From a candidate division FCPU426 bacterium (GTDB taxonomy: Bacteria; Oederibacteriota; Muellerivitia; Muellerivitales; Muellerivitaceae), in the NCBI GenBank assembly GCA_963771075.1, contig CAVYSE010000018.1, forward strand, positions 1 to 64,000: a DNA stretch of 64,000 bases. Direction: 5' to 3'. Position 1 is the first letter of the stretch. Every line of letters begins with the position of its first letter. This document shows, piece by piece, positions 1 through 9,268 of this stretch. Made by a program: the position numbers and the translations under genes. Below the pieces are notes generated by a model. That model had not been told where the DNA came from, did not search any database, and saw only the letters and a list, made by a program, of their open reading frames with translations.

Positions 1-78
1 CGGAATTCATGAAACGCCTGGGATATTTTACAAAATAGTTATTATTCACCGGAGATTGCGGATAATTATTTATCGCGA

Positions 79-450
79 CTATCCGGTCGGATTAAGCGGA
101 TTTTCCCATTCGTTTTGAGGCAAGATCCTTTTGGCCAGTTCCCTCACATTTTCGAAAACCTGCGGCGGACTATTCTTTTTTATCTTGGATATAAAGTCCC
201 GGCGTTCCCTGGGTTCATGCTCGGGAGGAAATAACCCATCGTCATTCCCATGTCCATCGGAGAAATGGATTCGACCATCTTTGAAAACTCCGCGTCCAGT
301 TCCGAGTCGGAATAATGCCGGCGCGGGGACTCGGTGACCTCCCCCTCCTCCCGGTCCATGTGGTGGAGGTAATCTGAAAGGTAACGGTTGTAGGTGCGGT
401 AAAAATCATTTCCACGGTTCATTTCCGGGTGAGCTACAACTTCCTTCCAA
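79..450 (-). pseudogene. Hemerythrin-like (HHE) protein, C-terminal part, frameshifted
   Basis: ORF 180-422 has YL.HM..EE......HYSD.EL....SI.P..M...FLPSMN. Adding one base at the G run 211-213 continues it as PRERRDFISKIKKNSPPQVFENVRELAKRILPQNEWE to a stop at 79-81, matching my recollection of the C-terminus of stand-alone bacterial hemerythrin-domain proteins. The 5' part is also disrupted. Confidence 0.55.
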
Positions 451-1131
451 CCGATTCGTTGAATTCATCGGGTTCTCCCCCATTTAAATCATCGGTAAAC
501 TCAAAAGGATTTTAGGTGGGCTTGCCGCGAATTTCCTACCCATAGGACCTGTTTAAAGTTTTTTTAAAAGAAAACTATTTTAAAGGCCGTATTTCGACTC
601 CGTCTCCCATCCGGGTAATTAGATCTTGGTATTTTTTGAGCTTCATCCGGTTGAAGTAAAATTTTTCAACGTTTCATTGGGAAGATATTTCGATTCGATT
701 TTAGGCTTTCGTTTACCTTGAAAGCCTGTCTTGAAGCCGAGAGATTTTCAATGCGAATGAGATAGTCAAAATATATTTTCTTGCTGGTTCGCTTCTCTCC
801 TTCGGATTTCACGATCATTAAAGACAAGTAAATAAAACTAATTCAAATTGACGGTATCTGTCGTCGGTTTATAGATTGTTCTCGATTCAGGGGAGAATCC
901 AAATATTCCAAGGATTTTCCTATGCCTTCTTTTCATCATCCGTTCGATTTTCCCTTACCTTCCGCAAACCAATTGGCAGCCCTCTTTCCTGGATTAATTC
1001 CGCTTGTCTGTCTTCAAACAAGAGCGATTGATTTTTTCTCAAAAAACACAAGGGCTATTCTGCCCAACCTTCGACCTTTGATGGGCCTGGCCTGCAAGCC
1101 AGGAAAAAAACTGATTATTTACGGAGGATTT

Positions 1132-2934
1132 ATGGATTTTCGAAAGATGCTTGGGCGGATGGCAGTCTTAGCAATTGTTTGGGTTTTGTCTGGACAAAGT
1201 ACGGTTTTGTGGGCTCAGACCACTGCCGCAAGCTCTTATACCGATGCTTCAGGTGATTTGAAGACAGGGGGGTTGTCTTCCGCCGTGGGAGGGGTTGGGG
1301 ACAATTCGGCTTATGGATCCTTCTCCGTCGGCTCTGGTGGGGAGGCCACCGCCGTCGGAGTCGCAAGTCTCGCCGACGGGTCCTTTAGTACCGCTATTGG
1401 CGCTGAAAGCCAAGCTACCAAAGCCAACGCTTCCGCCAACGGCGTCAGCGCCGTCGCCAGCGGCGTCAACAGCTCCGCCTTTGGGGCCTCGACCAGCGCG
1501 ACTGGGGATTACAGCACTGCTGTGGGTAATAACGCTACCGCCGATAACACCAACGCCATCGCCGTGGGATCCGGCAGCACCGCTTCCGGGTATAGCAGTT
1601 CCGCTGTCGGCAATAACGCCACAGCCGGCGGGGATTACAGCTCCGCCTATGGTGTGGGAGCGACCGCGACCGGGATCGTCAGCAACGCCCTCGGAAGTTT
1701 CAGCACCGCTAGCGGCGATTTCAGCGACTCAACCGGGGATAACAGTATCGCCAGCGGGTACGCCAGCTCCGCCTATGGCGCTTCATCGACGGCGACCGGG
1801 TCCTTTAGCTCCGCTTTTGGATGCGTGGCCACCGCCAGCGGGAGCGACAGCACGGCCGCCGGATTTTATAGCAATGCCTCCGGAACGAACAGTTCCGCCT
1901 ACGGAACCGGCGCAAACGCCAGCGGGGATTTCAGCACTGCCGTTGGCAATAACGCGGACGCCAATAACACCAACACTACGGCGGTTGGATCTGGCAGTGT
2001 GGCATCCGGGGTAAGCGGTTCAGCGGTCGGCAACAACGCCGCCGCGGTCGGTACAAACAGCACCGCCTACGGGGCGGCCGCCACCGCCATCGGGAATTAC
2101 AGCACCGCCACCGGGAACGACAGCCAAGCCGTCTCGGCCAATAGCTCCGCCTACGGCGTCAGCGCCGTCGCCGGGGGGATGAACAGCACGGCTGTCGGGG
2201 TTGGTAGTACCGCCAATGGTTACAGCGGTTCCGCCTATGGAGTGAACACGAACGCCAGCGGCAAGTTCAGCACGGCCATTGGCAATGCGGCCAGCGCCAG
2301 CGCGACCAACAGCACCGCCACCGGTTCCGGCGCGGTCGCTAGCGGGGTCAGCAGTTCCGCCTATGGAAACGGGGCGGTAGCTTCCGGGGATTACAGCTCC
2401 GCCTTTGGGGCCAATACGACCGCTAACGCTAATAACAGCGTCGCCATCGGAAACGGAGCCAGCGCCAGCGCCGCCAATTCCGTGGCGATCGGGCCCAACA
2501 GCTCGGCCACCGCTAGCAATTCCGTCGCCCTGGGCTCAGGGTCTTTGGCCAACCAGCAAAATACGGTGTCGGTGGGGAACGCCTCCACCGGACTGACCCG
2601 CCGGATTACCAACCTGGAGGACGGCATCAATAATAACGACGCGGTCAACGTGGAACAGTTGAATTCCATGACCCAGCAGAACCAGTCTTACGCCAAGACC
2701 CAAGCCCAGACCTCGGGCGCAGTGGTGGCGGCCGCCGTTAACGCTTCGGTGGCGGCCGTGGGCCAGCCCGGGAACAACCACTTGTCCGTCGGTACAGGCG
2801 TCATGGGGGGCCAGGCCGGAGTGGGGGTTGCGTACCAACATTCGTTCGAGGGATGGTCGGCCACTTTGAGCGCCGCCACCAACGGGACCGGGGATTACAC
2901 CCAAGTGGGCGGAGGTGTCGGGGTTAGCTGGTAA
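1132..2934 (+). CDS. YadA/Hia-like trimeric autotransporter adhesin
   Basis: GGAGG RBS before ATG 1132 (in frame with ORF 922-2934); signal peptide; many 14-aa head repeats (S.A.G..A.A.G..); neck motif TVSVG...RRITNL.DG....DAVNV.QL; C-terminal barrel anchor ending GGGVGVSW. Confidence 0.93.
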   Translation: MDFRKMLGRMAVLAIVWVLSGQSTVLWAQTTAASSYTDASGDLKTGGLSSAVGGVGDNSAYGSFSVGSGGEATAVGVASLADGSFSTAIGAESQATKANASANGVSAVASGVNSSAFGASTSATGDYSTAVGNNATADNTNAIAVGSGSTASGYSSSAVGNNATAGGDYSSAYGVGATATGIVSNALGSFSTASGDFSDSTGDNSIASGYASSAYGASSTATGSFSSAFGCVATASGSDSTAAGFYSNASGTNSSAYGTGANASGDFSTAVGNNADANNTNTTAVGSGSVASGVSGSAVGNNAAAVGTNSTAYGAAATAIGNYSTATGNDSQAVSANSSAYGVSAVAGGMNSTAVGVGSTANGYSGSAYGVNTNASGKFSTAIGNAASASATNSTATGSGAVASGVSSSAYGNGAVASGDYSSAFGANTTANANNSVAIGNGASASAANSVAIGPNSSATASNSVALGSGSLANQQNTVSVGNASTGLTRRITNLEDGINNNDAVNVEQLNSMTQQNQSYAKTQAQTSGAVVAAAVNASVAAVGQPGNNHLSVGTGVMGGQAGVGVAYQHSFEGWSATLSAATNGTGDYTQVGGGVGVSW

Positions 2935-2970
2935 AAACCGTAAAAAAACTTTACCTATTTTTATCAAAGA

Positions 2971-3011
2971 AAAAGACAACGGGCGGTAAGATTGCCGCTC
3001 GTTGTTTTTTT
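2971..3011 (+). terminator. Rho-independent terminator after the adhesin gene
   Basis: Stem aaaagacaacgggcggtaa / ttgccgctcgttgtttttt with G-U pairs, running into a T tract. Confidence 0.8.
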
Positions 3012-3096
3012 GCCTGAAACAATGCCTGAAGGGTATCATTCACCTGTCAGCTGGCTTTTTTGAAAAAATTTCATCAAATCACAAGGGAGTTTGCCT

Positions 3097-4158
3097 GTGA
3101 AAAAACAAAAAAAGCTCAAGACTGCCATCGTTTGCACCATCGGCCCGGCCTCGCGGCCTGAGAAAACCCTCGTCCGCATGATGAAGGCGGGTATGCGAGT
3201 GGCTCGCCTTAATTTTGCCCATGGCACCTTCGGCGAACACGGCGAGGATATCCTCAGAATCCGGCGTATCGCCGAGAAGATCCGGCACAAGATCCAAATT
3301 TTGATCGACCTGCCTGGCCCCAAGATCCGGTTGGGAAAACTCAAAACCGAACCCATCCAAATGAAAAAGGGAAGCAAAGTCACCTTGACCACCCGGCCAG
3401 TCTTGGGTACGGAAAAGCTCCTGCCCGTCAATTATGAGAAATTGATCGCCAGCGTCAAAAAAGGCGGCTTGATCTATCTCAACGACGGTTTCATTCAACT
3501 ACGGGTCCTATCCCTCAAGGGCCAGGATGTGAACTGCGAAGTGACCGTGGGGGGAATCCTTTACTCCTTCAAGGGTCTCAATCTTCCCAACGCCAGGCTT
3601 TATGTGGAGCCGGTCACGGACCAGGATTTGAAAGCGCTGGAATTCGGGTTAAATCACGGGGTGGACCTATACGGCCTATCCTTCGTGGAAAAGGCCCAGG
3701 ACATCCTCAAGGTCAGGAAGCATGTTGGAAAAAGAGGACGGTCGGTGCGGTTTATCGCCAAGATCGAGCGGCAGGAGGCCCTGGAAAATATCGATTCCAT
3801 CCTCAAAGTGGCTGACGGGATCATGGTTGCCCGGGGCGACCTGGGGGTGCAGGTTCCCATCGAGGAAGTACCGGAAGACCAGAAAATGCTGATCCACAAG
3901 GCCAACCGGGCCCGAAAACCGGTCATCACCGCTACCCAAATGCTGGAATCCATGGTGAAAAACATCCGTCCTACCCGGGCGGAGGCCACTGATGTGGCTA
4001 ACGCGGTTTTTGACGGCACCGGCGCGATCATGCTTTCGGAAGAAACCGCCATTGGGGATTATCCCGCCGAGACGGTGGAAATGATGGCACGCATCGCCTC
4101 CGTGGCCGAAAATTCATCCTATCGACACAAACTTAAATATCAACCGGTCCGAATCTGA
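3097..4158 (+). CDS. pyk: Pyruvate kinase, short form without C-terminal domain
   Basis: Motifs [69 protein letters not shown] start at 3097 follows AAGGGAG. Confidence 0.93.
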   Translation: MKKQKKLKTAIVCTIGPASRPEKTLVRMMKAGMRVARLNFAHGTFGEHGEDILRIRRIAEKIRHKIQILIDLPGPKIRLGKLKTEPIQMKKGSKVTLTTRPVLGTEKLLPVNYEKLIASVKKGGLIYLNDGFIQLRVLSLKGQDVNCEVTVGGILYSFKGLNLPNARLYVEPVTDQDLKALEFGLNHGVDLYGLSFVEKAQDILKVRKHVGKRGRSVRFIAKIERQEALENIDSILKVADGIMVARGDLGVQVPIEEVPEDQKMLIHKANRARKPVITATQMLESMVKNIRPTRAEATDVANAVFDGTGAIMLSEETAIGDYPAETVEMMARIASVAENSSYRHKLKYQPVRI

Positions 4159-4234
4159 TATTTGGGCTCCGGGCAAGGAACCTAGCGCCTGGCATGATCC
4201 CGTTTGGCTTGGTTTATCCGACTTTGCCATAACA

Positions 4235-4254
4235 CCCGGGTTTTGCCCGGGGGG
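4235..4254. repeat. REP-like GC hairpin
   Basis: cccggg-ttttg-cccgggggg; near-identical to the hairpin at 50660-50679. Confidence 0.55.
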
Positions 4255-4322
4255 CGCCAGCCTTCCTCTTTTTTTAATTATCCCCCTGTTTATAATGAAC
4301 CTCGCTCATCAAGGAGAAATAA

Positions 4323-5201
4323 GTGGGTATTGGGTCTGTTTTCATTATCGCCATTGTGTTGGTCGCCCTTTGGGTATTGGGCGGAGCCTTTTCCATTGGC
4401 GTTTCCAGGAAGAAACGCCGGGAAAAAGCTTCCCAACCCATCAGCCCGGAATATCGTCTAGCGGACCAATGGCTTCAGGCTTCCCAGGTTAAGCTTGAAT
4501 CTCTTATAGAGAAGATTGAATCACCCCTTGGGACGGCCCAGCATGAATTGCTCGACCTGAGGCTGGAAGCGGGGCGTTTGCCCCAGGGCGTGAAAAGCAT
4601 TTCCGAGGTACGGGAAAATTTGGCGGGGGGGATAAACCCCCGCAACCAGGTTATGACCCTGGGGGATAGGATCAGGCTTTATTTGCGGGAGGACGATTTC
4701 AAGTCCGAATCGGAAAACCTTATTATCCTTAAGACACCCTTGGGGGATATCCCCTGTTGCCAGGCCTTTTCGCCGGAAGAAAAGCTGAATGACGATTCTA
4801 TGAAAACCGCTTATCAAAAATTAATGAACCAGCCGGTCCCCGAAAACGGGGCGGGTTGCCTGGCCTTTTTCCCCCGGGATGGCCAGATGGAAGCTTTCCA
4901 GGCGGAAACGGAATGGGTTTCGGCTTTTAAGGAACACCGGCTCATCCCCGTTGATTTGAAGGGATTGACCGCCCTCCTGATCGCCCTAAAACTTTACCGG
5001 GACGCGGAACAAACGGTAGGGGTCTTTGAGGCGGGGGTCCAATCCACCCAGGCCTTGGTAGGCCAGGCGGACCGGATGGCCGCGGAACTGGGCAGACTTA
5101 ACGCCGATTCGCTGAGGGCCCGCGTGGTTTTGGAGGGCGGCATTCTTGCGACGCCGATCGTTGAAAAGGCTGAAAGCGCTGTAGGCGGGAACTCCCGGTG
5201 A
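4323..5201 (+). CDS. Hypothetical membrane-anchored coiled-coil protein
   Basis: AAGGAG RBS, N-terminal TM helix, helical body; overlaps the next gene (GTGA). Confidence 0.7.
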   Translation: MGIGSVFIIAIVLVALWVLGGAFSIGVSRKKRREKASQPISPEYRLADQWLQASQVKLESLIEKIESPLGTAQHELLDLRLEAGRLPQGVKSISEVRENLAGGINPRNQVMTLGDRIRLYLREDDFKSESENLIILKTPLGDIPCCQAFSPEEKLNDDSMKTAYQKLMNQPVPENGAGCLAFFPRDGQMEAFQAETEWVSAFKEHRLIPVDLKGLTALLIALKLYRDAEQTVGVFEAGVQSTQALVGQADRMAAELGRLNADSLRARVVLEGGILATPIVEKAESAVGGNSR

Positions 5202-5578
5202 ACTTCAAAGATTGGTTTTCCAAGAACTATTACGTCACAACACCCCGGGACCCGGACCCTTTATTTCGGCCCCGGCGCTATCGTCAATCCAAGGAATTGG
5301 TTCTGGAAGCGGCCCGGACGGTCATTGAAAAACTCCCGGGATGGAAAGTGGAGAAGTTCCACGAGAATCAGGGGCGGCTCCAGGTGGGAAAGGCCGGCTC
5401 GCTCTTGGGGTTGGGGGAGGCGATCGACCTCTACGCCGTCCAGGGGTTGGATGGCGCCACCACCCTTGAAATTTCTTCCCGCTCAAAGGCTGGAAAGACC
5501 GATTTTGGGCAAAATAAAAGAAATTTGAGGCGATTTCTGGAAGCCATGGACCGAGTGATGCCGATGGAAGAGAAGTAA
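5198..5578 (+). CDS. DUF1499-family protein
   Basis: C-terminal motif EISSRS..GK.DFGQNKRNLRRFL, characteristic of DUF1499. Confidence 0.75.
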   Translation: MNFKDWFSKNYYVTTPRDPDPLFRPRRYRQSKELVLEAARTVIEKLPGWKVEKFHENQGRLQVGKAGSLLGLGEAIDLYAVQGLDGATTLEISSRSKAGKTDFGQNKRNLRRFLEAMDRVMPMEEK

Positions 5579-5597
5579 GGGCTTTTCCCATATTTTT

Positions 5598-7358
5598 TTG
5601 AAAGAGGACCCATTGGAAACGAAGGCCAACCTAAACAGCACCGCGCCTGAAAAAGACTCCGTAGAGGGGCGGTCTATTATTTCCACTTTCAAGGATCGAA
5701 TATATCTGACGTCCTTTTTGGTCTCGCTGGCCTTTCTGGGGTTGACCTTCCTGGTCTTCCGGCCCCATTTTCAATTCAACGACGACACCTTTGTCCTACT
5801 GCTGTTGAAGGGTGTCGGGATGGTCGGCGCCCCGACCGCCCTCAACCAGCGGGAAAATATTTTTCTCTGCTGGGTGTTGAAGGAGCTCTATATCTTCCTG
5901 CCGTCGATCCAATGGTACAGCTGGTTTTTGGTCGCAACCCAGTTCCTGTCCTTCTGGGCCCTCATGGCCGCGTTCCAGATGGGGTCCCAACGATCCTTTA
6001 AATTCGTTCTTTTCCTGTTCGTTTCGGCCGTTCTCTTCATGTACTTTTTCGCCAACCTTCAATGGACGAACACTTCCTCGTTGGCTTCCATCGGGGCCTT
6101 TTTCCTCCTGGCTTCCCTCTGGCGGGAGGATGGGAAGAGGTTCGGAATCGCCCCCTACCTTTTGGCTTTCGTTCTCATCGTATTTTCCATTGAACTGAGG
6201 TCTTCCTCCTTTTTCCTGATCGCGGTCCTGTCCCTTCCCGTCCTTTGGGACCTGGCTTGGAAGAAAAAACTGACTCCCGCCCGGGTCCGGATCCTTGGGT
6301 TCACCTTCGGGACCCTCGTGTTATCCCTATCCATGGTCGCTTTCGATTACCACTACTACCATCAGGACCCGGGATGGGTGAAATCCATCGATTTCTTCAA
6401 CCAGCATTTTGAGCTGCACGAGACCCGAAACCCCGTTTACAACGAACAAACCAAGGCCGTCTTCGATTCGGTCGGGTGGACCGCCAACGACCTGGCCATG
6501 TTCCAGAATTGGTATTTTTTGGATGAGGATATTTACAGCGTCGAGCACCTGAAAAAATTGTGCGAATATTTTCCAAAATGGGGGGTGGATAAGACCTCCT
6601 CCGATTCGCCCCTTTCGGAAAAGCTCTCGAACCTCAATACCCAACTGGCCCTCTATTCATTCATCGCCATCCTGTTCCTGATCCCCTGGAGGTCCTTTCG
6701 CTTCATGCTGGTCAATGCCTTCTGGATGTTCGCGGTGATGTATGTGCTCATGGTCTATGAGAAACTTCCCGAGCGGGTTTATTTGCCGGCCCTGCTTTTC
6801 CTGGCCTTGCTGGCCGTTTTTTACGCGGTGCCGAAGTGGGACAATCCGGCCGCGGGAACGGCTCAAAAGAAGGGATATTTGAACATCGCGGTGGTGCTCG
6901 CCCTGGTCCTGGCGGGATTCAACGTCTTTTTCCTCCAAAGGGAGATCACCAAGAACCAGAAATGGAACCAATACGAACATTTGTTGAACAATGAGATGGA
7001 TCAATTCCATCCCCAGGACGACCAGCTTTACGTCATCTGGGATTCGGCCTTTCCCTACGAATTAATGGGGGCGTTCGACGATTACGAGTGCTTCCGGCAT
7101 TTCAATGTCGCGGTCTTGACCTGGTTCCAGAGGTCCCCCACGACCCGGGCCATGCTCAACCGGTTCGGGGTGAACCATTTGTTCCGGGACCTGGTGGACA
7201 ACCCCAAGGTTTTTCTCATTTGTTCGCCTTGGGAATTGAACGCGTACCGGACCTGCATGATGGAAAAATACCAGATGCCGATCGATCCGGAGCCGGCCGT
7301 TTCGGGCAACTTTTTCACCGCCTACCGGATCCATTCCGTTTCTACGGGTTCGCGGTAA
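5598..7358 (+). CDS. Polytopic membrane protein, putative GT-C-fold glycosyltransferase
   Basis: About 11-13 TM helices, acidic NDD motif after TM1, large extracytoplasmic loop, C-terminal soluble domain; paralog of 7396-9186. Confidence 0.65.
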   Translation: MKEDPLETKANLNSTAPEKDSVEGRSIISTFKDRIYLTSFLVSLAFLGLTFLVFRPHFQFNDDTFVLLLLKGVGMVGAPTALNQRENIFLCWVLKELYIFLPSIQWYSWFLVATQFLSFWALMAAFQMGSQRSFKFVLFLFVSAVLFMYFFANLQWTNTSSLASIGAFFLLASLWREDGKRFGIAPYLLAFVLIVFSIELRSSSFFLIAVLSLPVLWDLAWKKKLTPARVRILGFTFGTLVLSLSMVAFDYHYYHQDPGWVKSIDFFNQHFELHETRNPVYNEQTKAVFDSVGWTANDLAMFQNWYFLDEDIYSVEHLKKLCEYFPKWGVDKTSSDSPLSEKLSNLNTQLALYSFIAILFLIPWRSFRFMLVNAFWMFAVMYVLMVYEKLPERVYLPALLFLALLAVFYAVPKWDNPAAGTAQKKGYLNIAVVLALVLAGFNVFFLQREITKNQKWNQYEHLLNNEMDQFHPQDDQLYVIWDSAFPYELMGAFDDYECFRHFNVAVLTWFQRSPTTRAMLNRFGVNHLFRDLVDNPKVFLICSPWELNAYRTCMMEKYQMPIDPEPAVSGNFFTAYRIHSVSTGSR

Positions 7359-7395
7359 GATAAGAAGCTGTAGAGGCGAGGGCCCTGACGGGACT

Positions 7396-9186
7396 TCAAT
7401 TCTTCGGATTTGGGATAGCTTCTTTCCAGGGCAGAATCTGAAATACCTTGAACGATTGCCCCTCAAAATATCTCGAAGCCAAAATCTTCTGGGGATGGTT
7501 CTCGGAAAGATACCGGCCATACATTCGTAATTCTTCCGGTTTGCAAATAAAGAAAACATTTGATTTCCCGATCATATCCACCAACGGATTTACCAATCCA
7601 AACTTTTTTAATTGAGGAATCGCGTCGGGGCTGCGTTGATAAACGGCCAACTCAAATATGTGAAAATTACGGAATATTTCGTAAGAATCAAAAGCGTCGA
7701 TTAACTCATAAGGAAATGCCGAATCCCAGATGATGAATAATTGATCATCCTTTGGATTCAAGCGGGCGATGTCCGATTTGAGTTGATTTTCCAATCCTAT
7801 ATTCAACTGATTGATTGTGTAATCTCGTTGAAGGGTTGGAATTGATGTGCATGTGAATAAAATCAGGAAAAATAAACCTGTTCTTGAAATCCAATTAGAG
7901 TATGCATGGATAGCTGGTGTCGATGGAGCGATGGGGTTTTCCGCCCACGATATACTCAGGCAGAGGAGGTAATATAATTCCTGAAATACCAGCCTGTCCG
8001 GCGCCCTCCAAAAATAAAGCATATAAAGAATAAATAAAATGATCCAAACCACGCTAAAGATCATCCATCTAAATTCTATTCGGGAAAGGATTAAAAGAAG
8101 GCAAAGCAGGATCGGAAGGAGCCTGGTTCCGAAATCGGACCGTATGATTTCCCAAAGGGAGTGAAAAGAGGAATCTTTGTCTTCGACTCCAAATCGCGAA
8201 AAATGCAACTTCAAGCGCTGAATGTTTTTCCAGTCATATCGGTCCGGATCCATGAAATACCAGCCTTTAAACATCTTAAAATCATTTTCGCTCCAATCAG
8301 CTTCATCGAAAAACGGCTTGGTCGATGGAGTGTAAAAATGAATGCGATAATCCCGGAATTCAACTCTTTCGTGATCGAAGAGGTCGAATTCATGCCAGCC
8401 TGGCTTATGTTCATGCCAATAGAAAGTGAATAGGGATATGCCCAGCAAAAAAAGGACGGTTGTAAGTATGAATTGGACGATGGGGGGGGTGAGCAACCGG
8501 ATGATGTTTCCCCGAAGGAAATAGAGGATAAAGGGAGCCGCGCAAAAAACAGTTACCAAAAGCTCATCGAAACGGATCAGGGCGGCCAAGAGCCAGGACG
8601 CAAGGACAAGCGATAAATTTCCGGTTACCCCAGGACTTTTTTCCCCGTCTAAAATCTTGGCAAAAAGAAAAAGCCCACCCTGAGCCGCAAGAGAGGCCGA
8701 AATGGTGAATTGAAGGCTGGAGAAAAAGGTAACGTCCGCCGCCAGGAAACTAATAATAAAAAGCAGGGATTTCCAAAGGGGACTGGACCCAAGATAAAGG
8801 GAATAAAGTAACAGCCATATCCCAAGAAATTGAGCCAGGAGGAGACAAGAACCGTACCAGGGGAAAGTCGGAAAGGAACCGTATAACCCCTTTAAAATGA
8901 AGCCCAACGGGATACTGGAATAGCCGATGAATTCGCTAGGCTGGAGATTGGTGCCGATCCCCTTGGCGAAAAGAATTTTGAAACAATCGTCGTTGGTGCT
9001 GAAAAAGGGCCGGAAAAAGGAAAAGAGAATGAGAATTAACAAAGAACAAACCATAAAAGAAAAGCCGAGAGGATATTTCTTTATCAAGTTGGAAAGATTA
9101 TTTAACAAGGGCTTCCTGTAAATAAACAGCCTTGGGTAAAGGGATGATTCTCCCAATGGTAAACCACTTTCAAGAGTATATTGCAA
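7396..9186 (-). CDS. Polytopic membrane protein, putative GT-C-fold glycosyltransferase (paralog)
   Basis: Shares FRP.F..NDD, W..ND..MF..WYF.D and DQL..IWDSAFPYEL..AFD.YE.FR.F with 5598-7358. Confidence 0.65.
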   Translation of the reverse strand: MQYTLESGLPLGESSLYPRLFIYRKPLLNNLSNLIKKYPLGFSFMVCSLLILILFSFFRPFFSTNDDCFKILFAKGIGTNLQPSEFIGYSSIPLGFILKGLYGSFPTFPWYGSCLLLAQFLGIWLLLYSLYLGSSPLWKSLLFIISFLAADVTFFSSLQFTISASLAAQGGLFLFAKILDGEKSPGVTGNLSLVLASWLLAALIRFDELLVTVFCAAPFILYFLRGNIIRLLTPPIVQFILTTVLFLLGISLFTFYWHEHKPGWHEFDLFDHERVEFRDYRIHFYTPSTKPFFDEADWSENDFKMFKGWYFMDPDRYDWKNIQRLKLHFSRFGVEDKDSSFHSLWEIIRSDFGTRLLPILLCLLLILSRIEFRWMIFSVVWIILFILYMLYFWRAPDRLVFQELYYLLCLSISWAENPIAPSTPAIHAYSNWISRTGLFFLILFTCTSIPTLQRDYTINQLNIGLENQLKSDIARLNPKDDQLFIIWDSAFPYELIDAFDSYEIFRNFHIFELAVYQRSPDAIPQLKKFGLVNPLVDMIGKSNVFFICKPEELRMYGRYLSENHPQKILASRYFEGQSFKVFQILPWKEAIPNPKN

Positions 9187-9268
9187 ACAAAATTGTTATT
9201 ATTACTTATGCAATTGATCCGGACGAAAACTTGATGAAAGTTTCCGCCCTGTTCAAAATTGGTTCAAG

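Noticed and set aside
922..1131. N-terminal 70 aa of the adhesin ORF
   Set aside because: The RBS and signal peptide point to ATG 1132; the upstream part looks like AT-rich leader.
4323..5201. RmuC-family assignment
   Set aside because: The TM plus coiled-coil layout is suggestive, but I could not identify the nuclease-like motifs.
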